Assembly: GCA_964250775.1 (NCBI GenBank)
Contig: CAXUHK010000001.1
Coordinates: forward strand, 1 to 50,478
Length of the DNA: 50,478 nucleotides
Reading direction: 5' to 3'
Source of the DNA: an uncultured Acetobacteraceae bacterium
GTDB taxonomy: Bacteria > Pseudomonadota > Alphaproteobacteria > Acetobacterales > Acetobacteraceae
Each line of letters begins with the position of its first letter. The stretch's first letter is position 1. The notes beneath the pieces were generated by a model. The model saw nothing but the letters and a program-made list of their open reading frames with translations. It had not been told where the DNA came from and ran no database searches. The position numbers and the translations under genes are program-made. This document shows positions 7,533-14,100 of this stretch, in pieces.

Positions 7533-7744
7533 AGCCAATGCCCTAGCGCGATCGCCGCCCCCGTGACGGCCACTCCCGCCGCTGCGCCGGCGGTCCAGAC
7601 CTGCCAAGGCAGGTAGCGCGCTTGCTGCTCCTTCAGAGCTGTGCCGGCCTGGAGGTTGGCGATTTTCAGCAGCTTTTCCGCCAGGTCCAGGATTGCGGCG
7701 TTGGTGCTGTCGAGAGTGGCTTGTGACATTGGAGCGGTCCCCAT
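7529..7744 (-). CDS. small coiled-coil protein with a C-terminal TM anchor (divergent IRYAP family)
   Basis: The C-terminal part reads ...QQARYLPWQVWTAGAAAGVAVTGAAIALGHWL. The architecture matches 5008..5211. Confidence 0.5.
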   Translation of the reverse strand: MGTAPMSQATLDSTNAAILDLAEKLLKIANLQAGTALKEQQARYLPWQVWTAGAAAGVAVTGAAIALGHWL

Positions 7745-7764
7745 CCGGGCGGGGCTGATCCCCT

Positions 7765-7792
7765 TCCCATGTCCTAATAATAGGACGTGGGA
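7765..7792. promoter_or_regulatory. 12-bp inverted repeat upstream of the 7744 start (candidate operator)
   Basis: The sequence is tcccatgtccta-ataa-taggacgtggga, with 11 of 12 positions complementary. It lies 21 bp upstream of the ATG. Confidence 0.35.
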
Positions 7793-7873
7793 GCACGGAT
7801 GTCAACTCGCCTTATGCTGCTTTCCTATTCCGCTCAGCCGCACAGGCCAACTCGCGAACGCGCCCCACGGAGA

Positions 7874-7913
7874 CCGGACCTCGCGAGGGGGCCGGCGTTT
7901 TGCGTTTCGGGAC
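7874..7913 (+). terminator. GC hairpin plus T-rich tail, copy B of the ~38-bp repeat
   Basis: The sequence is accggacctcgcgagggggccggcgttttgcgtttcggga. Confidence 0.4.
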
Positions 7914-8029
7914 TCCCGCTCGGGCTAGAAATCGGGGCTTTCGGACCGTTTGTGGCCAGGTGGCCATCCGGCCCCTGTGTCGATTGGCCATACGACGCAC
8001 GAGAAGCCAAGCAAAACCGGCCTTTTCGA

Positions 8030-8074
8030 TGGTCGGAGTAAGAGGATTCGAACCTCCGGCCCCTGCGTCCCGAA
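8030..8074 (-). tRNA. orphan 3' half of tRNA-Pro (anticodon CGG): anticodon loop to CCA, no 5' half (att remnant)
   Basis: The reverse complement reads TTCGGGA-CGCAG-GGGCC-GGAGG-TTCGAAT-CCTCT-TACTCCG-A-CCA. That gives a canonical T-arm, a U33/R37 anticodon loop with CGG, and an encoded CCA. It closely resembles the recalled E. coli tRNA-Pro(CGG) 3' half. Upstream GTGTG cannot pair with CGCAG, and no TACTCCG complement (5' acceptor) lies downstream. Confidence 0.7.
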
Positions 8075-8239
8075 CACACGGGCGATGCTGATTTTAAACG
8101 AAAAACCGTTTGTTTGTTGCGATTTCGGCGCGCATAACGCTTAAGCAGCGCATTCGATGCTGTTTTGCAACGGTCCATAAGGACTGTAGAGCACTGTTGC
8201 ATTGTTCGCCCATCGTTTTGACAAGCGAAACTTCAGCAA

Positions 8240-8599
8240 TCAGGCCGCCGGCACGACCTTCACGGCCGGCGCGGCGGCCAGCGTTAGTGCGTCCGCCTGC
8301 GCCTTGATCGAAGCGGCCAGTGCGTCAATGGCGGCGGCGTCGATAGTGGCGTCGTTCACGGCGAGCTGCGCCCGCGCCACGGCCGGGTCTACCGCCGCAG
8401 TGACCATGGCGACGGCCGTGGCAAGGCCGGGATCAGCCACGACCGCGACCTGAGCCAGCCCCTTCGCGACGCCGTAAAGCGTCAGGGCTGCCTGCAACCG
8501 GGTTTGAGCCTGCGACACAGTGGCGACGGTGGCGGTCTGCACCTGACCGGCGCACGCCGCCAGGGACAGCACCAAGGCGGCGACGGCTGGGCGGATCAC
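8240..8599 (-). CDS. lysis-cassette lipoprotein (intact)
   Basis: It has a GTGA overlap with the holin-like stop and the lipobox LSLAAC. It is a full-length homolog of pseudogene 3195..3566. Confidence 0.6.
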   Translation of the reverse strand: MIRPAVAALVLSLAACAGQVQTATVATVSQAQTRLQAALTLYGVAKGLAQVAVVADPGLATAVAMVTAAVDPAVARAQLAVNDATIDAAAIDALAASIKAQADALTLAAAPAVKVVPAA

Positions 8600-8973
8600 G
8601 GCTTGTCTCCTACGGCGGCAACGGGGATTGGCGCTGAGGCGGCTACGGCCGGCGGCAGCGCCTTGGCGTGGAACAGCCCGGTAATCGGGATCGAGGTCAC
8701 GGCGCGCATGGCGTAGGAGCCGACTAGCACGGCAACGCCCGCCACCAACGCGTCAACGTCCGGGCCCCAGCCAAGGCCGTAACGCGCGGCGGCGTAGGCT
8801 ACCACGGGCAGGAGCAGCGTGCCCCACGGCGTCTTGCTGGCAGCCAGCGACTTGCCGACGAACTGTTGCGCCAGCGTCGGGTTGACGACTTGCAGTTTGT
8901 CCACCAGGTCTGGCAGGCTCTTGGCCTCCCGAACGGCCACATCTTCGGCGGTGGCGACGGTGATCGCGGTCAT
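8596..8973 (-). CDS. holin-like two-TM membrane protein
   Basis: ATG at 8973, 8 nt after the endolysin stop, preceded by GGAGCC. It is a paralog of 2818..3198. Confidence 0.55.
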   Translation of the reverse strand: MTAITVATAEDVAVREAKSLPDLVDKLQVVNPTLAQQFVGKSLAASKTPWGTLLLPVVAYAAARYGLGWGPDVDALVAGVAVLVGSYAMRAVTSIPITGLFHAKALPPAVAASAPIPVAAVGDKP

Positions 8974-8981
8974 GCAGGCTC

Positions 8982-9521
8982 CTATGCAGTGGTGGAGTGG
9001 TTGGCGGCGTTGAACAGTTTCATGGCAGCCGTGAACCGGCGATCCGCTCGTGCCAGCCACCCCACGCCGAACGTGGCAAAATTGCCCATGACGCGGTATG
9101 CGTTGACGTGATCGTTATGAAGGATCGCCAGCAACAAAGCGTGGTTCGGGTATTTTGCAGCGGCGGCGGCCGTGACCGGACCAAGGCCGCCGTCCACCGT
9201 GACGCCAAGCCGGCGCTGTAGCTGCTTGACCGCCGTTCCGACGCCAGTGTTGACCGCCGCGTCGAACGTCAAAAGGTCAAGGCCAGGCCACAAGTCCCAG
9301 CCCCGCACGGGCTGCCAGTAGAGCGCGCGGTAGAGGGCTGAAACCAAATCCGCCGGCATGGCGCGCAAATCGGCCGGCGTGGCCTCGCGGTTCCAGTGCA
9401 GCAAGTCTGGCATGGTCAGCCCTGCCATAGTCGCGCCGCCGGGGTCGGCTGGGTTATCGGCCCAACCGCCCTCCTGGGCCAGCGTGAAGGCCAAGCACGG
9501 GTCGAACGGGTCTGTTGCCAT
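8982..9521 (-). CDS. endolysin, GH108 N-terminal domain plus PG_binding_3-like C-terminal domain
   Basis: Supporting segments are MATDPFDPCLAFTLAQEGGWADNPADPGGATMAG..., YRALYWQP and LQRRLGVTVDGGLGPVT. Confidence 0.85.
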   Translation of the reverse strand: MATDPFDPCLAFTLAQEGGWADNPADPGGATMAGLTMPDLLHWNREATPADLRAMPADLVSALYRALYWQPVRGWDLWPGLDLLTFDAAVNTGVGTAVKQLQRRLGVTVDGGLGPVTAAAAAKYPNHALLLAILHNDHVNAYRVMGNFATFGVGWLARADRRFTAAMKLFNAANHSTTA

Positions 9522-9557
9522 GCCCTATAGGAAGCACAGCCGAAACGTCTTTTCCCG

Positions 9558-9920
9558 TCAGGTTTGCGGCTTTAGCTCGTCCGGTATGCTGCCTGGAACC
9601 ATGAGGACGATCGGCTTGCCAATGCGCTCGAATACGATGCGCTCGGAGCCGATCTTGGCAGATTTTTCCCAGCCATCCGCCATAAGCAGGATCATGCCAT
9701 AGGCGGCGTCCATGAGCGGGCCGTCGAGAGAGAGCCATATAAGCTGCTTGGCGGGGTCTGTTTCCCAATCCGCCCCGACAGCGTGTGCATGAGCTACCGG
9801 GGAATAGATCGGGATACCTGCCCCAACCAAACGACTCGCCTCTCGACAAGCGAGGCGGAACGCGGCAGCCCGGCCGGGCGGGTGCTCGCGATAAGGGGAA
9901 CTCATATACCAATATGCCAT
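9558..9920 (-). CDS. DUF1937 (nucleoside 2-deoxyribosyltransferase-like fold) protein, copy 1
   Basis: The supporting pattern is YWYMSSPY...GIPIYSPVAHAHAV...WLSLDGPLMDAAYGMILLMADGWEKSAKIGSE. GGAG lies 6 nt before the ATG at 9920. An alternative start is at 9932. Confidence 0.65.
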   Translation of the reverse strand: MAYWYMSSPYREHPPGRAAAFRLACREASRLVGAGIPIYSPVAHAHAVGADWETDPAKQLIWLSLDGPLMDAAYGMILLMADGWEKSAKIGSERIVFERIGKPIVLMVPGSIPDELKPQT

Positions 9921-10002
9921 CGCAAGCTCCATTTTGTGCTGCTTGCGTCGTCTAACCGTCCCCTGTTAGCTTGTCAATAAGCGGGGACGCTTAGGAGGGG
10001 TT

Positions 10003-10212
10003 TTGACAGACATTCCGGGGCCGGTTAGTCCGGGGCGCATGGGCCGCCCGTCGCTAAGCGTCAAGGAAACGAAGGTGCGCCTGTCAGATGATGCCAGGCG
10101 CCGGATCGAGGCCCTTGTTGGCCCCAATCAGATGGCGGCGTTTATCCGAGAGGCTGTCGAGAATGAGTTGGCGCGTCGGGAGGCGGAAGCAGAAAAGAAG
10201 GACGGCGGCTAA
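10003..10212 (+). CDS. ribbon-helix-helix (CopG/Arc-like) protein on the opposite strand, between the two DUF1937 genes
   Basis: The TTG start has AGGAGGGG 4-5 nt upstream. Supporting segments are SLSVKETKVRLSDDARRRIEAL and FIREAVENELARRE. Confidence 0.55.
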   Translation: MTDIPGPVSPGRMGRPSLSVKETKVRLSDDARRRIEALVGPNQMAAFIREAVENELARREAEAEKKDGG

Positions 10213-10568
10213 CCAGGTTGCAGTTCCGCCGGCACAGTGCCGGGGTCCATCCATACGACAGGCTTGTTCGCTTTTGTGAACGTCGCAAGCTCGATAGCCA
10301 TGCCGTAGGACCGTTCCCAACTTTCCATCCGCAGCATGATAAGGCCGCGCGCCGCGTCCATCATCGGTTGATCGACCGGCATCCAGAACGAATGGTCCAG
10401 CGGATCAACGCCGGCCGCCATGGCGATTGGGTGCGTGTGAGCGATCGGGGAGAAGCAGGGCACGCCCGCGCGCATTAGCCGAGCCGTCTCGATGCAGGCG
10501 ACGCGAGCGGCCTCTTCGATGCCGCTCGGAAATTTTGAATAAGGAGTGGCGATATAATAATAGCTCAT
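10209..10568 (-). CDS. DUF1937 protein, copy 2
   Basis: The supporting pattern is MSYYYIATPYS...GVPCFSPIAHTHPIA...WMPVDQPMMDAARGLIMLRMESWERSYGMAIE. The start has an ATGA overlap with the upstream stop. Confidence 0.65.
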   Translation of the reverse strand: MSYYYIATPYSKFPSGIEEAARVACIETARLMRAGVPCFSPIAHTHPIAMAAGVDPLDHSFWMPVDQPMMDAARGLIMLRMESWERSYGMAIELATFTKANKPVVWMDPGTVPAELQPG

Positions 10569-10897
10569 TGCGATGCTCCATTGATTCTATCATCTGTGCC
10601 GATATTGCGAGTTGCGTAAGTGTAGATCGCAATGGCGTTCCAAGCGACTGCGACCATGTGATGCGTTCCATTTTCCGGGTCAAAGTCTTGCCCGCGCATC
10701 CAACTCCAAGCGTGCCGCATCAACGACGCGAAACACTTGCTCCAATTCATGCCTCGTTCCCAATTCCTGTCTTGATATTTGGCAGCACCGCGACCGTAAT
10801 GCGTCGCAAGCGCATCCATGAACTCCGGTGGGATTAGGTCATACCGGGGCTTGCCATCGTTGAACCGCAACCCGCCGCCGTCCGCTTCAACGCTCAA
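10565..10897 (-). CDS. DUF5664-type (MazG-like) dATP/dGTP pyrophosphohydrolase-family protein
   Basis: The supporting pattern is LRFNDGKPRYDLIPPEFMDALATHYGRGAAKYQDRNWERG...MRHAWSW...DPENGTHHMVAVAWNAIAIY. The TTG at 10897 overlaps the upstream TGA. The start is uncertain. Confidence 0.65.
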   Translation of the reverse strand: MSVEADGGGLRFNDGKPRYDLIPPEFMDALATHYGRGAAKYQDRNWERGMNWSKCFASLMRHAWSWMRGQDFDPENGTHHMVAVAWNAIAIYTYATRNIGTDDRINGASQ

Positions 10898-12207
10898 TGC
10901 ACGGTCTCCGAAGTGTTCTGAATGTTGACCCGGTGCCGCCCGATCTCGCCGTGGTGGGCGTGAAAGGTGAGCGCAGACAGTGCTCGTCCCGCGCGGTAGC
11001 CGCTCGCTGCGTTCCAGGCGTCTCGGGCGGCCGGCGCGCTGAAGCTCTCGACGCGGACGGGGCCAATTTCCTTGGCCGTTTCGCTGTGGATGTGGCCGAA
11101 AAAAAAATGCCGGTGCCGGGACAGTCCCCAATCTTCCGCCCGGTCGGTCGCCAGCATCATCGCCATTCGATCGGCTTTCATCGTGTGGCCGTGCGTCGCG
11201 CCCAACAACACCGCGCCGAAACGGCGATACCAAGCGATGCCGGGATCGTCGTTGACGCTGATGCGGGGCGTAGCGCTGTAGAACAGCGACAGCGCCACAG
11301 TCAGGCTCGTGCTGGCGTCCGGGTCGTGGTTGCCGGGCAAAAACTTGACTTCGATGTCCTGGTGCTTGCGAGCCACGATTTCGACGATGGCGACCGCCAG
11401 GCGGGCTCCAGCCGCGAACACTTTCGCCCACCGCCCGTCAACGTCGAGTTGATGCCCACTGCCAGGCGTCGCGTTCTTGGCGTCGTTGGCGTGGAAGTAG
11501 TCCCCGAGCACGAGTATGACTGCGCGCCGGCTCGGACGGGACTGCGCCACCAGCGCCTCTACCGCAGCCGTCGCGGTCGCAACGGCGATCTTCACGTCGT
11601 AATCGGCACCGACTTCCTTGCCCCATGCGTGCATTCCGAGATGCAAGTCGGGGATCGGGTAGACGGTCAGCAGATCGTTGTCGGCATGGTCGGGGGCGGG
11701 GATCGGCGCAGCCATGCCCTCATAGGCGGCAAACGCGGCGCGCAGCGACTCGACAAACCCTTCGCCAGCGCCCTCCTTCGTCTTGACCCACTTCGCCAGC
11801 ACGCGCCCGCTCGGGTCGAGCAACGCGCTCTCGCCCTTGACGACGTGTCCGGCCGGAACCTCGAACACGTCGCCAGCGTCGCGTGTGGTGCCGATCCATT
11901 GCCGCAACAGGTTGCCGCTGGCGTCATAGGAGCCGGCGTTGCGTGAGACGACAAACCCATCCGGCGGCTTGGCAATGTCTGGAATGGGAGGGCCGCCGAT
12001 CTCGCCGCGCAGCGCCGGGCGGCGCGGGTCGATGGCCGCAGTGACCAGAGAACGGGTGCGGCTTCTAGTCCAGCCAGCGGCTTCGGCTACGGCAGTCAGG
12101 GCGGAGTGCTTGCCGGTGCCTACATGCGCTCCCATGGGCACCGCGCCCGCTTCTACAGCCGCGTTGTAGTAGCGCCGGGCGGCGTCTACGTCTTTGGCAT
12201 CGGGCAT
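10894..12207 (-). CDS. calcineurin-like metallophosphoesterase with a ~190-aa N-terminal extension
   Basis: All the metallophosphoesterase motifs are present: IPDLHLG (DxH), LGDYFH (GDxxH), PGNHD, ATHGH and FGHIH (GHxH). AAGGA lies before the ATG at 12207. Confidence 0.75.
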   Translation of the reverse strand: MPDAKDVDAARRYYNAAVEAGAVPMGAHVGTGKHSALTAVAEAAGWTRSRTRSLVTAAIDPRRPALRGEIGGPPIPDIAKPPDGFVVSRNAGSYDASGNLLRQWIGTTRDAGDVFEVPAGHVVKGESALLDPSGRVLAKWVKTKEGAGEGFVESLRAAFAAYEGMAAPIPAPDHADNDLLTVYPIPDLHLGMHAWGKEVGADYDVKIAVATATAAVEALVAQSRPSRRAVILVLGDYFHANDAKNATPGSGHQLDVDGRWAKVFAAGARLAVAIVEIVARKHQDIEVKFLPGNHDPDASTSLTVALSLFYSATPRISVNDDPGIAWYRRFGAVLLGATHGHTMKADRMAMMLATDRAEDWGLSRHRHFFFGHIHSETAKEIGPVRVESFSAPAARDAWNAASGYRAGRALSALTFHAHHGEIGRHRVNIQNTSETVH

Positions 12208-12257
12208 GGGTAATCCTTCGCTGGTGAGCGTGCGTTCAGTTCTGCGGGAGGCGGTAG

Positions 12258-12659
12258 TCAGTCTTGCTTGTGCGCCAAGAATTCGCGTAGGGCATCGACT
12301 GCGGCGCGGGCCGCGATGACCTTAACCGGGTCATAGTGACCGTGCGCGCGGGAGGCTTTCATGGCATGGATTGCGTCAGTCACGGCTGCTGTCATGGAGG
12401 TTAGTGTCTCGATGTTCGCAGGTTTCGAGTTTTTCCATGCCACATACCGGGTAGCTTCGTCCCGGTAGGTTTCGCTGTCTTTCAGCACCGCGTCCGGGGA
12501 CGGTTCGGACGGTGCGACCACATGCGGCGGAACAGGCGGTTTCTCGACAATCACAACAGGAGCGGCAAGCGGTGTCGGAAAATGCAGTTCCGGCGCTTTG
12601 GCCGGATGACGAGCGCAGCTTGCAACAACCAAGGCCAGGAAAAAGGCGCGGAGCTTCAC
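12258..12659 (-). CDS. Pro-rich lipoprotein (o-spanin-like)
   Basis: The GTG at 12659 forms a GTGA overlap. The signal and lipobox read KLRAFFLALVVASC. A Pro-rich linker follows. The C-terminus ...EFLAHKQD matches 1850..2068. Confidence 0.55.
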   Translation of the reverse strand: MKLRAFFLALVVASCARHPAKAPELHFPTPLAAPVVIVEKPPVPPHVVAPSEPSPDAVLKDSETYRDEATRYVAWKNSKPANIETLTSMTAAVTDAIHAMKASRAHGHYDPVKVIAARAAVDALREFLAHKQD

Positions 12660-12970
12660 GGCTTAGCCTTGATTTGTTCCGCAATGTAGCCTAGTTGCGC
12701 CTCAATGCGTGTCAGCCGGTTGTCAATGCCGCCGACTAAATCACCTTGCGTGTTTAGCCGAGCGTCGTATAGCTCGCGGCGGTGGTAAACATCCGCCTTG
12801 AAGTCGTTGACTTGTGTTTGCAGACTGGCAACGGACGTGCTCAAGGAACCTACGTAAGCTGCCCCGGATGGGATCGCCAAAATGACAGCCGCGCACACGG
12901 CCACGACCAAAGACATGGGAAGGCGCACCCCGTTGTTAGCCTCGCCTGAATTTGACTGTTCCTGTGTCAT
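12656..12970 (-). CDS. N-terminal TM plus coiled-coil (i-spanin-like) protein
   Basis: The TM segment is MSLVVAVCAAVILAIP, followed by a coiled coil ...NRLTRIEAQLGYIAEQIKAKP. It is a paralog of 1460... The start could be 12970 or 12916. Confidence 0.5.
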   Translation of the reverse strand: MTQEQSNSGEANNGVRLPMSLVVAVCAAVILAIPSGAAYVGSLSTSVASLQTQVNDFKADVYHRRELYDARLNTQGDLVGGIDNRLTRIEAQLGYIAEQIKAKP

Positions 12971-13068
12971 GCCGCAATGATTGGCACAATTTTCGATCAC
13001 GTTCCCGGCATGAATTGATTTTGATTTATGGCCGTGGCATGAGGCTATTTGCAAGCAAGAGTGCGACC

Positions 13069-14100
13069 ATGAATAACCATGAAATTACAAAAATCGAGAA
13101 TGCTGCTAAAACAATTCAAAACCTTTTTAGGCAATTTGATAATAAAAACATTTTAGTCTCATTCTTGACAAAAGAAAAACTAGGACTTGCTTGCGATAAC
13201 CATTGGCGTTTTTCTATCCAGTCTGGCGTAAAAATTTTGCAAGTTCCAACCGGAATGGCTTTGGGTCAATTCAGTAACGCGACAGATGCTTTTAGCACAT
13301 TGGCAACATTGTGCTACACCTATCCCATGCGCACTGTCACAGATGGCGCGTGCGTAGTCGATTTTGAGGACGCCAGCGATCAAGGCGACTATTCCCGCAT
13401 AGCGTTCGGCGCTTCATGGGCTGCGGCGTCTCTTGTGGTTGACCCATACTACGTTAAGAGCCGTGGATACGCCGACTTGACCGCGCAGATATCGGCGTCT
13501 TGGCTACCGTGGGGGCGGCGAGAAGCCAAGGTGTTCTGGCGCGGCAGCACGACGGGCATTGCCGGCCGCGTCCCGCCAGCCCATTCCTTTAACTGGAAAT
13601 GGCTGCCCCGGCTGAACCTGTGTTGGGTCGCTTCTCAATCGTTGTTCGCGGATCGGCTCGACATCGGCATCACACAGCTTGCGCAAATGGACGCTCACGG
13701 ATGGCGTGTCAAAAACGACATTATTCAATCTGGCTTGATGCGTTCAGCGGTTTCTCGCCTGGATTTTATGCGGTACCGCTACCTTGTGGACATCGACGGC
13801 AACGCAAATGCATGGGATGGCCTGTTCGGCGCGATGCTGATGGGCGCTTGTATTCTCAAGGTCACATCGCCCCACGGCTGGCGGCAATGGTATTACGACC
13901 GTTTAATTCCCGGCGTGCATTTCCTGCCTGTTCGGCCCGACCTATCTAACTTTGACGAAGTTGTGCGTTGGGCGCTTGACCATGAAAGCGAATGTGCGGA
14001 AATGGGCCGCCGAGCGCGGCAATTCGCCACGTCCATGTTCTACAAAGACGAGCTTGACCTTTCCGGGGTCAAGCTCGCTCAATTGCTGACTAGTAGCTAA
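13069..14100 (+). CDS. GT90 (CAP10/LpsA-like) glycosyltransferase, AT-rich moron on the opposite strand
   Basis: Supporting segments are FWRGSTTG...YRYLVDIDGNANAWDGLFGAMLMGACILKV...WYYDRLIPGVHFLPVRPDLSNFDEVVRWALDHESE. The 5' part is visibly AT-rich. Alternative starts are at 13039 and 12952. Confidence 0.65.
   Translation: MNNHEITKIENAAKTIQNLFRQFDNKNILVSFLTKEKLGLACDNHWRFSIQSGVKILQVPTGMALGQFSNATDAFSTLATLCYTYPMRTVTDGACVVDFEDASDQGDYSRIAFGASWAAASLVVDPYYVKSRGYADLTAQISASWLPWGRREAKVFWRGSTTGIAGRVPPAHSFNWKWLPRLNLCWVASQSLFADRLDIGITQLAQMDAHGWRVKNDIIQSGLMRSAVSRLDFMRYRYLVDIDGNANAWDGLFGAMLMGACILKVTSPHGWRQWYYDRLIPGVHFLPVRPDLSNFDEVVRWALDHESECAEMGRRARQFATSMFYKDELDLSGVKLAQLLTSS

Noticed and set aside
8030-8130. 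A complete tRNA or a tmRNA 3' end
   Set aside because: There is no 5' acceptor strand, D-arm or 5' anticodon-stem strand within the expected distance. The acceptor/discriminator sequence (TACTCCG-A) does not fit tmRNA. It fits the 3' half of tRNA-Pro only.
10897-11946. 349-aa plus-strand ORF
   Set aside because: It is antisense to the metallophosphoesterase gene, which has all the catalytic motifs. Its own composition is low in complexity.
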